This document shows positions 35,001 through 47,214 of a DNA stretch of 64,000 bases, in pieces. Source of the DNA: Vicugna vicugna. Its lineage: Eukaryota. Position 1 is the stretch's first letter. Each line of letters begins with the position of its first letter. Both the position numbers and the translations under genes were made by a program. The stretch is from contig MU061049.1 in NCBI GenBank assembly GCA_013265495.1, positions 620,001 through 684,000 of the forward strand. Reading direction: 5' to 3'. Under the pieces are notes generated by a model. It saw nothing but the letters and a program-made list of their open reading frames with translations. It did not search any database and was not told the origin of the DNA.

Positions 35001-38000
35001 GGCTTTGGGGGGGGGCCGTCCTGGGAATCCCTCCTCCCACGAGCTCGCTCGAGGAGGCCGCCCCCCACCCCTACGACCTGCTCGGGGCGGCCCCCACTCC
35101 TTCTGCAATGCCGCCTGGAGGGCAGGCAGGGGGCGTCTGTGGGGGGGGCGGGAGCAGAGCTGGTGGAGGGCGGCCTCAGGCCCCGCTGACGGGGATCGCG
35201 TCCTAGAGGGACGCTGACGGCAGGAGGCAGGAGGCCCGGGGAGAGAGGGCCCAGAAACACGAGGAAGCGGCCCTCCCAGGAGCCGGGCCCCCTCCCGGGT
35301 GGTGTCTTCAAGGGGAAGCCCAGGTGAGGGCAATGGGGTCCTCTTATCCAGAGGGCGGCTTCTCTGTCCTGAAAGGACACAGGCTCCCCAGGCCTCCAGA
35401 CAGAAGCAGCACCACGGGCAGAATCGCCCTGCGAGGCCCCCGCCCCCAGCAGTCACTCCCAGGACCTAATCCCCCAGCTTCGATCCTCCACCACCCGTTA
35501 ATCCCGCAAGCGTGCACGGCCAGTGGGAGTCCCTCCCTAGAAGCCTGGGTGTACTCCCCCGAGCGCGTGCCCGTGGGTGGGGGGGCACCGGCCGGGGAGG
35601 GCATGCGGGCTCGGGTCCCCACCTCCCCAGACGCACAGTGGCAGCTCTGTCCGGGCACAACGCACACAGGTAACCTGGCAGAACCGCCAAGTGGGACCAG
35701 GTTTCCCAACCTGGCCCTGCTGCCTTCTGCGGGGAAGAAGCGGTCGCAGGGCTCCATGAGACGAGGACGTGCGGCGGCAGGACCAGAAACTGCGGTGGGG
35801 TCTCCCGGTTTCCCCAGCACCCGGCCGGGGCGGGGGTTGCGCTGGGGCAGGGGACCGGGCAGGGGACGGGGTGGGGGCGCGGGCGAGCCTCTGTGCCGGG
35901 CGGTCGGCTGGCAGGCGCTGTGCACACAGCCAGGGTTCAGGCGAGCAGGACAGGCGCTCTGGAGCCCAGGTGTCACCAGGTGACACCAGCTGTCCAGGCA
36001 CCCACGTGCCCCCACTGGAGGCTCTGGGGCAATTTAAATCTCAGAAAGTCGAAGAAACACGTTTCTTGGTCACCCAGACAAGTGACTTTTAAAAGATTTG
36101 TTTGTAATAACAGCAGAATCCTTTTAAAAACCTAAAAAAACAGAATAAAAAGGAAAAACAGAGGGTGGCAGAATGGCCCCTGCTGAGGGGCAAGTTGGGG
36201 GGGCGACCCTTGCAGCTGGGACACCGGACCCCAGGGGCTCTGAGAAGCCTGCCTCAGCGCAGCCCTGAAGCCCACCCCCAGCCCCCGGGAGGGTCGCCGT
36301 CGCTGGGCCTGGTGAGCATTTCTAGACGGACACCCATGACCTTTGGTTTTGCATCAATGCGACAGCGCGTGTTCTTGACCGGACTTCATGGTGCGGAGGG
36401 GGAGGCTGTGAAGCGGGCACATCTTAAATCACAGCTGCCAGGGGTGTGGCCGCCACCCACGAGGGACAACTCGCATCGGGGCTGAGCCCGGCCAGACCAG
36501 CACGCGGCCCTCCTGTGCCCAGCACGCACTTTGGGGGTGGCTTCCCCCCTCCCCAGTGCCGACCCTCAGGTCGCCTGAGCTCCGTGTCTGCCCTCCCTGT
36601 GTTGATGGGGCTCCACCCGTGAACACAGTCACACGAGGCTGACCCTTCTGTCACTGAGCATCGGCCCCAGTTTGGGGTGAGGACTGCACTCAGCCCCATG
36701 GGGATGTGGCCCTGGGGGGCTGTCCTCCCCGGCCCGCCGCCCTCAGGCCTGCAGCGCACCCGGCTCCTCCCTCAGGCACAACTCTGCGCTGTCCTGCTCC
36801 CCCAGCGCTGCCCGCTCACTGTGGCCGCCTGTCCGTCCTGGTCCCGGCGTGGCTGGCCGCAGGCCACTGCCCAGCTGCTGCTGCTGCTGCCGCAACCCCA
36901 GGCGCCCGGCTGCTCTCAGGCGTGTGACTCTGTTTGTGCCTGCGGGACGTGTGCCTGCTGAGGGCCGGGCCCGGAAAAAACCGTCCATCTTCCATGAACC
37001 CTTCAGCTCGTTATCTGGTCTCAGGGACATCTGTGTTTGGTGTCCGGCTTTTTAAAATAAATACCCGATGGACCCAACACCATTTGCTGAATAGTCCCTC
37101 TGCTGCCACTGATTCAAACACCGTGTTTATTAAAGTGAACAAAACAGAACCCCCCCCAGACGTGACTCCTCCACGTCGGTTGCTGAGGCTCCGCGGCTCG
37201 CCCAGCAGTGGGTTCTGAGACAGGCTGCCCTTCCTCTCCTTTCCTGCCTTCTTCTGGATTGTTCTGAATGACGCACCCCTCCCCCCGCCCCCAGCACCTC
37301 AGTGTGGGGGCCGCACACTCAGGAGTGAGACCCTCCTCAGCAGAAGGGCCTCTGTCTCTCTGGGCTCCGCATCTGCTCCCGGCTGTCCCGAGTTGCCTGG
37401 ACACGACGGTGCCCTGCGTCGCCGGCATCCTGTCCTCCTGCCCCGACCGCCCGGCAGAAGGCCCGGGGCCACCCTCCCCGGCCCCTCTCCCCGCCCCTCC
37501 TCCAGCCCCTTCCCTTCGGGCTTCCGTGGGGCGCTGGGTTGGCGGTGGGGCACTGGGCGCTGTCAAAAATGCCATTAGCAGTGGGGTCTCCAGGCAGGAA
37601 GGGCACTGACAGAGCAGCCTGCGGCCAACTCAAAAGAGACGTTGAGGTGCCCGGGTCACACGTGTGTCCAACTTGAAACACACCACGAGGCTCCCATGGT
37701 CCAGCTTCACGTCTGACCTGAGGCACTGGTGCCGGGTGGGACCCTCTCATCTCAACTCAGCCCGCGCGCCTGTGGCTCTCGCACTCATACAGACACCAGC
37801 GCCACCCCGAAGGTCTCGGGGATCACGGAACGAGCCCCAGCCCGGAGTTCGGCGGGGGGAAGTAGAGGAGAATGTGCCTCTCCAGAGAGTTCTCGGGGGC
37901 GGCAGGCCAGGACCCCCTCGCAGAGCCACGGCCGGCACTGTTCACGCACACAGTGCAGTCGACACTCAAAGATGGAAACCGGGGCTGCCCTCCCTTGTGC

Positions 38001-41000
38001 ACCAGCTCAGCCGAGAAGGCCGGGGGCTCCGGGTCACAGCACTGGCGCTGGTCCTCGCGCCCAACCGCTGGAGCCCCCTCCTTGGCCAGGATGAAGACAG
38101 CTCTTCAAAGGCTTCAGCAGCGGGTGCTGGGGACCCAAAGTCCTCTCGAGGCTGCCGCGCCCAGCGACAGGCGCTTCTTGGCAGGCGGGTTTCTGCCTCC
38201 TTCTTCAGGGCCAGAGAGCGCCACCCGAGCCGAGCGCTGCAGGTGCGGCCGGGGCGCGCGGGAGCCAGCCAGGCCCGGCCCCTCCCGCGGCCCCTGCAGC
38301 CCCCTCAGTGAGGCAGGAGGAAAGTGTCGAGTCTTCAGGGTCGGCCAGGCCCACGTCAGGAGCTCGCGAGGGGCGTTCTTCTGAGCGAGAGCTGCTTCTT
38401 CTGAGACTGCTGTTTCTGGAAAAACGACCACCCATTCCGCTGATAAACAAGGGAAAGTAAATGCCCCTACCACTGGCCAGCCGCAGGCTGTACTGCCAGT
38501 CCTCACGCCCCAGGGCCAGCGAGGGGTGCGGGTTAGTGTCATGAACACGAGCACGCGCGAACTGGAGACCACACGCGGACTGAGGCTGATCGCCCCCGCC
38601 AAGGGGACGCACGTCAGGAGGGACGGGGAGGACATGGGCTGAAACCTGCACTGACGTCCTGGGCACGCGCCCCAGGCCAAAAGGAAGCATTTAGGACCAT
38701 AAATACAAAAAATATTGAAATGTCCTGCCCTATCTTAATGAAACAGTAGAGAAACTTCCCTCTTCAAGACTGCAAAGTGGGTAAGAGCCCCTGAGAGACA
38801 GTCCATGAGACCCCTCCGAGGCTGCAGCTGGAGGGCTGGGCATCACCCGATGCGCCTCTGTTCCCGTAAGGGCTTCCTTTCAAGGAGAGAAAAATCTTAT
38901 CTTGTTACCAAGGGTGCAGCTGTTATTTTTCACACCTCAAATGTGGAGTAATTTATAATCTAAAGTGCCCATGTTCATGTCTATGAACTTGCCCATGGAC
39001 CCACGTTTCCCGGAAAGCCAGTTGGGACAGAAACTTAAAATATTTTGTTTCTGAAAGGCAAAGCCGTTTTCTCCAGTAGAACATACCCAAACCAAATAGG
39101 ACTTTGGTTTCTAGCAAACTACTTCTGGAAACACTTTTTCCCAGAAAATCCAAGAGCAACGAATTCGTCTAAAGACGGCACCAGCGGCCAGCCCACAACA
39201 CAGACACTGCAAACACCTTCTGTTCTACTCGTCACCTGTAAAATGCGTCCATCAGAAATCCTGGACTAATGGAGTACCCCAATTCACTTACAGGACAGGT
39301 AAGAAAACAAGATTCTGTTGTCTACAAGCCACAAAGCACACGTCAGTTCTACAAACACTCTTACAGAACTGTACACCCCACATCTGCCTCGTCACGGAGG
39401 AGCCACATTCCTCTTCCCAGAGACGACAGAACTACGTTATTTCTCAATCCAAGCATCCAGCTCCAAAAGCACACAGTCCCCGCGCACTCACGACACATAC
39501 ACACCAACCCGACGCCTGTGCGTGGACCTCGCGGTGCTTTCAGCAGGTGGAAGCCAATGGCTCACCTCTCGTGTCCGAGGTCTCATGCTCAGACAAGGCG
39601 CTGGTCCACAGAGGGCGCGGGCCCCAGCCCCAGGGATGACTCTCCGAGAACCAGGATCCTGCTCCCACCCTTACCGAGGAGCACTGGCTACTGGCACCTG
39701 AAGATCACACGTCCCTTTTCTGCACAACACCTCTTTAACGTGACCATGTTAGCAATAGTCAACCTTCTCCTTACAAAGCAGCCATGTTGTCAGAGCTGAG
39801 GACCTGATGCGAACACCATCACGCAAACGTCTGGAACGCTTGGCAAGGCTCCCACGGCCCCGCTCTGGCCAGCGCAGGGCAGGGCTGCAGCAGGTCCTCC
39901 CACACGTCCCCCGACAGCTCGGGCAGCCCTGGACGCGTCGGGCTCCGCGTGGCCTCAGCCCCTCTCCTGGCCGTGCAGCCTCGCCGGGCCGCAGCAGCCC
40001 CTTACCTCAGAACAAAGCCACTCCGCGAGGTCGGGCAGGGCCGGAGGGACGTGGCTCTCAGACAGATGGTCACCCTCCCCGTTTAGAGGAGAGGAAAGTG
40101 CTAAAGGAGAAAAATTAGAGTGGGGTTTTGTTCTAAACCAAAGGAGGCTGCAGATCCTATTGGCCTCAGGTTGGAAACCTCGTGACATGGGACCAGGCAC
40201 ATGTGACCTACTTTTCGCCCAGCTCCCCTCGTTCCATTGGAGGGGTGCGCCTGGCGGATGCTGTCACTTCAATGACTCCTTCCCCCAACAGGGGCCACCG
40301 CACAGATCGGCGTGCCTGCGGGACATCGGCCGCAGCAGCTAAGCCCTGGGAAAAGGGGGGGCCGCACTTCAGGGCCGTTAGTGGAACCGCAGCTCTGCAG
40401 ACCCGAGTGGCTGCGGCCGCAGACGGGCGCCCGGAGCTAGTCCTCACCAGGATGAGGCGCCCGAAAGGGCACCCGGTGCAAACTGTCCTTTCCCCGCTTT
40501 CTCCTGGTTGTGGCCGAGAGCATGCAGGCGCAGCCTGAGAGCCAGCGCGCGCACCGGCTGGGCACTGCTGTGTGCGTGCACGCCGAGAGCAAGCCTGGCG
40601 GCGGGCGCTGGTCTGGGTGGAGAGACGGACGGGCCCCCGGGCCTGCGAGGGGACGTGGGGAACGCAGCTGCCCCCTCAGAACGGGCACCTGCCGCCGAGC
40701 ACTAGAAGGCCACCCTTTGCCCGGGCCATCGCCCCCTCCCTCGCCACCTCACACGAGATCAGGTGCAGGCAAAGGAAGAAGAGCACCTGGCAGGCAGTGG
40801 CGGCACTCGGGTGCCGAGCGGGCTCGCTGGCGGTGGGTCGAGCACGCGCCGGGCAGGATGGCGTCGGTGCCCGCTGGGAGGGCCAGAGAGCACGGCCCTT
40901 CCTGATGCCGACACAGGTGCCTGGAGGAGGGGGAGGCCGCAGGTCCACTGCCCACGACAGCCTGACGGCTCGTTACAGGGAAAGGGGGAAACACACGTGT

Positions 41001-43046
41001 GCAAACCCTGCGACATCACCTCCCAGAAAGACCAGCAGTCGCAGTGGCATGTTCTGAGGGCGACCTGTTCACACTCCTTCCCAGTAGGTGCGTGTCTGTA
41101 TTTTTTAACAAAAACAGGACCAAGCCACCCACATTTGTCCTGTTTTTCTCACTTGACACTGTACGTGAAGTGTTTTTCTACGTCACTATATTAAGTCTAC
41201 ACGGTAGTGATCAAATCCCCCGTATAATCTATTTTACGCATAAAATGTTATGCATGTAACTCTATGCATTTGCAGGCATGAGAACACAGCTGGCTGCAAT
41301 CACTGAGCCCCGGGTTCTGAACGGTCGCGTCAAACAAGCCTTCGCCGATAATCTCTGGGAGGACCTCTTTCTGTCCCTGTCTTACTGCCTTGGACTATTC
41401 TTTGTGGATATCACTCTGGGTCAGGGGACACACATGCCTGAAGCTCTGGCCCGTGGTGACAAACCAGCCCCTGTGCTACCCGAGCGCTGAGTCCTGGGGA
41501 CGCCAGTGTCAGGAGCCCAGCAGGGAGGAGGATGCTACCAGCCCTGCCGTGCACCCTGCACTGCCAGCCCAGCCAGTGCTCGCGGCAGCTCTTTCCCGGG
41601 CAGAGAGGAAAGCACCGTCGCTCCCGGCGCATTCACAGTCTTGAAGTAGCGGCCACCTAGGGCCCGGCTCTTGGCCACCGAGGCGTTGGGGAGAACTGGG
41701 CCCTGGCCTTGGGTTTGGTGAGGGGAGCTGACAGCAGGGTGGGGGCTGACCTTGAAGACGTGACGAGGAAGGAAGAGTGAGCAGAGGGGCTCGAAGGAAC
41801 AGAGTCACGGGCAGAGAAGGAGCCGGGGGCCTGGGGGCATAAAGGAGGGGTGGCTGGAGGTCGAGGGGACCTGGGGCGCCGAGCTGACAAGCCAACACAG
41901 GGCAGAGAGCTGCTGAGGGGGAGGGACAAGGCCAAGGCAGAAGGAAGCGTGACTGCCCGCTATTTAGGGTGTGGGGCACAGGGACCCACGGCTGTGAGCA
42001 CCACCCCTCCTGGCATGGGGGGCTGGCCAGCGCTGGGGCTCAGTGGCTCTGTCCTCATGGGAACAGTTGGTCAGCTGAGAGGATGGCTGTGGGTCTTTTG
42101 TCTCTCTGGATGCCACCCCGACCTCTGCAGCCGTGTCCTGCGCCTGACACGAGGCCAGATGCTTGGACCTTGGAGCACGCAGGCACCTGCAGATGTGGCC
42201 GGGCAGAGGGCTGGGTGGCTGGGCGGGGGGCCTAGTAAGGGGCCGCTGGGCTCCTGCCTTTGGAGCGCTGCAGCCTGGCCCAGGGGAGTGGGGGCCTGTC
42301 CTCCACACGGCCCCGGAGAATCCCGGGCAGGCAGCCCTGCTTTACATAACTGGCCTCGCCCTTGACCGCAGCCTGGGATGTGCCAGCCGTGTGGAAGGAG
42401 CCATTCCATCCGGCTGCTGTCCTGACCCAGAGAGGACGTCGAATGACCTGTCACAGCCATTCACGCAAGCAGGCACCTGGAGGTTGAATTGGTTTTCGCC
42501 TCCTTCCACACAAAGCAAAGGTGAAGACAGCGCAGCAGCAGGCACCCGGAACTGGGTCAGGCTCCACGGGCTGAACGTGCTGAGCTGCGTTGAGGAAACC
42601 AAGCCAGCCAGACAGACCAGGCAGTGGGAGAGAAGCTGGCATGAAGAGGAAGGAAGAAATGTTTCAGAACGTTCTGTGACGTTTAAAGATGCACCTGTTT
42701 CTCCGACGACCACCTGGGAGACAGGTTAACTCAGAACCTGGATGATATGTCTGTCGGGCATCTGGGTGGTAAATCCTATAGCTAAAATCAGGTTCTCAGT
42801 GGCCACCTTTGTGCCCTAGACGGACAAAGCACCTCGAATGTACTCTAAGGGCTTTGGCAATGGCCTTGTAACACGGACGCGCGGATGAATAAACCAGACC
42901 TGGGCTGGAGACCGCCAGGCACGAGGGCTGTGGGAGGAACCTCGGGGCCTCAAAGTACAGGTGAGAAACTGAGGCCAGAGGGCATCAGCGCTGCAGCCTC
43001 GGACAGAACTTGGACCTCAGGGTGCTGGGGTGCTCAGCGGCACAGA

Positions 43047-43248
43047 ACACACCCTCCTGCACACACGTGCACACACCCTCCTGCACACATGCACACCCTC
43101 CCGCACACACGCGTGCACACCCTCCTGCACACACGCACCCTCCTGCACACACATGCGCGCACCCTCCTGCACATATGCACACACCCTCCTGCACACACGT
43201 GCGCACACCCTCCTGCACACATGCACACAGGCTCCTGCACCCACACCC
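43047..43248. repeat. About 20-24-bp minisatellite, about 9 copies (ACACCCTCCTGCACACAYRTGC)
   Basis: CC(C)TCCTGCAC recurs at roughly 22-bp spacing. Confidence 0.93.
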
Positions 43249-43795
43249 ATGTGGAAGGCCAGCCAGCAGGGCCAGGCCAGCCAGCAGAGTTAGCTCGGGG
43301 CCCTGCGCGGGGCTGATCCTCACTTACAGAACGACAGGCCCAGCTCTTCAGACCCCACACCCGGCTTCTTTACAAAATGGTGGGATGAGGCCCTCGGGGG
43401 CTAACGCTGGGGAACACTTAGGGGGACACAATTCTAAGGCATCCATGTTCCTCAAAGTTCAAGGGAAAAAGCCACGGAGAAACATTTCTGCCCCAGTTTG
43501 GACCTGCTTCTTCAAACTCTAACTCGACTACAGGTGACTTTCAAGAGCCGCCTGGGAACGACGCTCCCGCAGCACCAAGGCCTCGTCTCGGCTTCCTTTT
43601 CTTGCTACGGTCTCCCTCTCGAGGGTCTGTCTTCTCTCCCCAGCGCCGCTCCCAGCTGACAGCACATCATGGAGCAGAGGGTAACACTCGGTGTCGTGCC
43701 GCTTGGAACAGCTTCCACTTTCAAGGGCGAGCTTGCCTCCGTCACACACATTCTTGGAAAACACACATGCAAACAAGACAGGTCACAGGACTCAC

Positions 43796-43911
43796 CTTCC
43801 CCCATAAGCAGGCTCTCCGAGTCAGAGCAGGTCCCTGGACGGCATGTGTTCGGGTGTGTCGTAAGTCAGAGCATCCCAACCGGAGCTGGTGGCTTGGAGG
43901 AGCCCGCTCAC
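43796..43911 (-). CDS. PCBP3: PCBP3 ATG-containing exon (5'UTR 43806-43911; CDS 43796-43805 = ATGGGGGAAG, MGE+G)
   Basis: Acceptor cccccgtgttttgtgtcttag and donor AAG|gtgagt. The phase-1 end joins the GT GAC start of the next exon to give MGEGD, the N-terminus of the long PCBP3 isoform. Confidence 0.88.
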
Positions 43912-44749
43912 CTAAGACACAAAACACGGGGGACGTGAGCTTCCAGGCTGCGACCTCACCTGGCGGGGGTGAGCTTCGACAGAACTGCCGCCCCGCATGC
44001 AGAGCAGCCGTGCTCCTTACACACGCGGGTGCGGGGTGCAGGGGGTGGGGCCGGAGGCCAGACGGAGCTTCTCCCCGGATGCTGCCCTGCGCCTGCCCGA
44101 GGAGGCCGCCCTGCAAACACGGAGGCGCCGCCCATTTCAAAGATGAGAAGTCCAAGAGAAGTTTTTTGTTAAAGCTGTAAACACTTTTGAGAATCTAAGA
44201 GAAACAGTCAACTTTCTACTTACAATATTTGGTAGTTTATCTATGTACATACACTGATTTACAAACAACATTTATGAAATCACACATTAACTTAAACACA
44301 CTGTCGGCTTCCCTCCTTCACAGCTAGTCCAACCGTGTCATTCAGACCCTTCCATTTCACGTACAATCTGTCCCCGTCATCTCTTCCCAGAATGCGCCAT
44401 TTTCACCTCGGTCCAAGTTTCCTGACATTTCACTTTCTAAACTCACATTTATTGCCCAAACAGGAAATTTAATCCCCAGGGACAAGAATTTATTTCCATA
44501 ACGTTCCCCTCTTTGCTGCGTTTTAAGTCTGCTCTTCGGTGCATGCTTACGCCCTCTGCACCTCATGGTTGTGGACGTCTTTCCAGGCTTCTTTACAAAG
44601 CATCTGACATTTGGAACCGCGAGGCTGTAGCACCAAAAATAATTAGAAGCCCGTGCTAAATGTCTCTGTCCTCCTCCGTGTCACCCAGGTAACCACTTTA
44701 GGCAATAAATAACATCCCTGACTGAGTCAATTTCAAACTGACATATCTT

Positions 44750-46415
44750 GCCCATGTAGTGTGTGAGGCTCAAAATGATATAAATGAGAAAATACAACAC
44801 GAAAGGAAACGCCATGAGGGACGGCGCTGAGTACAAGCCTCCCCCTCACGGGGGCACGCGGTGTCTCAGCTGGGAAGGCACAGCTGGGAAGGACCAGGCT
44901 CAGCGTGTTACGGCGCATCAGAGGAACAGAGAGGGGGCGCTCATCAGAAAGCCATGGGAGAGATTTCGGCAAGGGTGCCAAGACAAGCCAACGAGAAAAG
45001 AACAGTCATTGCAACGTGTGGTGCTGGGGAAACTGATATCCACACACCGGAGAACGAACGTAAGCCTCAGTTTACACCACATACAAAACTTAACTTTGAA
45101 CAGATCAAAGACCTACACCCAAGAGCTAAAACTAAATACTGAAAAAAATCTTCATCACGTTGGACTTGGCAACGGTTTCATGGAAATGAGTCCAAAAAGC
45201 ACAGGCAACGACAGAAACACAGACAAACTGGACTTATGAAAGTGAGGAATTTTTGTGCAGTGAAAGACACAAACAAGAAAGCCACGTACAATGCACGTAA
45301 CGGAGGAAAGTGCCTGCAAACCAAGTACCTGAGAAGGGACTAGTGTCAGACCACTGCACGCAGAACTTCTGCAACTCAGCAGCTCAAGAACGACTGAAAA
45401 CGCATGCGAAGGACTCGAGCACGTCCTTCTCTCAGGCAAGCGCAGAAACGCCCGACACACAGGAGAGCAGCTCAGCGCCAGCGGCGTCAGGGAGCGCGGG
45501 GCGGGAGGAGGGGCTCGGGCAGAGCGCGTGCAGGGCGCACGAGGTCCTGGGTCAACCCCCAGTGCCCCCATTAAAAAAAATGCAATAAATAAAAAGAAAA
45601 CCTGGTTACCTCCCCCTCAAAGGAAAAACAAAACAAAGGTAAAATACTGTGCGTTAAAAAGAAAAAAAATAGAGGGAAAAAAAGAGAAATGAAATCAAAA
45701 CCACACTGAGACCCCACGTCACACCCACGCAGGATGGCGACAGGAGTGACAACACTACGACAGTAACAGCAAGGAGCAACAGACAACAACGAACGCCAGC
45801 AAGGACACGGAGAACTGGACTCTTCAGACGCTGCTGGGGGGACGGGAAGAGGGACAGCCACTGACGGCCTGCAGCTGCTCCCAAGTTAACCCAGGGCTGC
45901 CCCGTGGCCCAGCCCCCGCGCAGGCCCAGGCCAGGAGAACTGAAGACGCCTGTCCGCCCCGGCACTCGACGGGGAGCTCCCAGCAGCACCGCCCACGGCG
46001 GCCAGAAAGTGGCACAACCCAGCGCCCGCCTCCCGAGGACGAATGGACGAACCTCGTGTGGGGGACCCTCATATCGGGATGTTACTCACCACCAAAGGGA
46101 GGAGGCGCTGACGCGGCTGCGACACGGATGGACCTGGAAAAAGCCCGACACAGAAGGTCACAGACGTGTGATCCCACGGGCACTAAATGTGCAGAACAGG
46201 CAAACCTGCCGGGACAGAAAGTGGGCCAGTGTCCCCAGGGCTAAGGAGAGAGGGAACGAAGTGACTGACCACGGGCGTGGGTCCTTCAGGGGTGACGGAA
46301 GTGTTCTGTAATTAGCTCGTGCTGGTGGTTGCACACCTTGTTTGCTGTGTAGCTAAAAACTACGAAAATGCGCACTTTTAAAGTGTGAAATTTATGCTAT
46401 ACTCAATTGAAAAAA
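44750..46415 (+). mobile_element. L1MB-like LINE-1 ORF2 C-terminus and 3'UTR
   Basis: tacaccacatacaaaacttaac, aatgaaatcaaaaccacactgag, and 3' end ggtgacggaagtgttctgtaattag...ctcaattgaaaaaaa. Confidence 0.85.
45503..45682 (+). mobile_element. Second camelid-type SINE, strongly GC-shifted, nested in L1
   Basis: gcacgaggtcctgggtcaacccccagtgcccccattaaaaaaaa...aaacctggttacctcccc matches the family core and tail. Confidence 0.8.
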
Positions 46416-46661
46416 AGGTAATGGCGGGGGATAAATTGGGAGTTGGGATCAAAAGACACACACCGCTATACACGAAACAGCTGAACAAGGTCCTGCTGTG
46501 CAGCACACGGAACTGTGTTCAGCATCTTGTAATAACCTAAATGGAAAAGAGTCTGAAAAAGAATATATCTGTGTGCACACATACAATTGAATCAGCTTGC
46601 TGTACACTCGAACCCAACACAACATTGTAAATCAACTATACTTCAATTAAAACAAAACAAA
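46416..46661 (+). mobile_element. Younger LINE-1 3' end
   Basis: gataaattgggagttgggat...caacattgtaaatcaactatacttcaattaaaacaaaacaaa is close to the Laurasiatherian L1 terminus. Confidence 0.85.
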
Positions 46662-47214
46662 GGTGGTGAATACTCAAAAGTTTGGAAAAGGAACGGAAGA
46701 AATCTCTATTAAGCATCACAGAATTAGCGCACGTTTACTCCACCCTTACAGAAACGGCACCAAAGTGACACACAACGTAAAACGGCACAAACCCACAAGC
46801 ACTGAGCAGAGAGGACAACCAACAAGCGTTGTCAACACGAGACGAGGGCCTGGGACGTGGATGAACACGCAGCGAGCAAGCGGCAGAGACACAGAAGCTG
46901 AAGCCTCTGCCAGGCGGAGCCACCGGGGAGGGGCGGGGGGAGGCAGAGCTAGAAGGAGCAGAGCCTGGGGCCCAGGTGGCTGCGCAGGTGGGGGTGAAAA
47001 CAGGAGCAACAGCTCACACTGTCTGTGAGGGAGCGTCAGGGCCCCAGTGCCCGGCACCATGGCCAACCGGAGGCTCCGTCTCAGAAGAGGGAGACACTTA
47101 GGACCTGAAACGCCAGCATTAACACAGGAGCCCTGCGTGGAGGGAAACAGCAGGAGCCTGAGACCTCGCGCCCCTTCTCCCCAGAGGCTCTCCCCGAAGA
47201 CAGGGCCACCTCTC

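Noticed and set aside
42985-43360. His/Cys-rich ORFs resembling metal-binding peptides
   Set aside because: They are translations of the CA-rich minisatellite.
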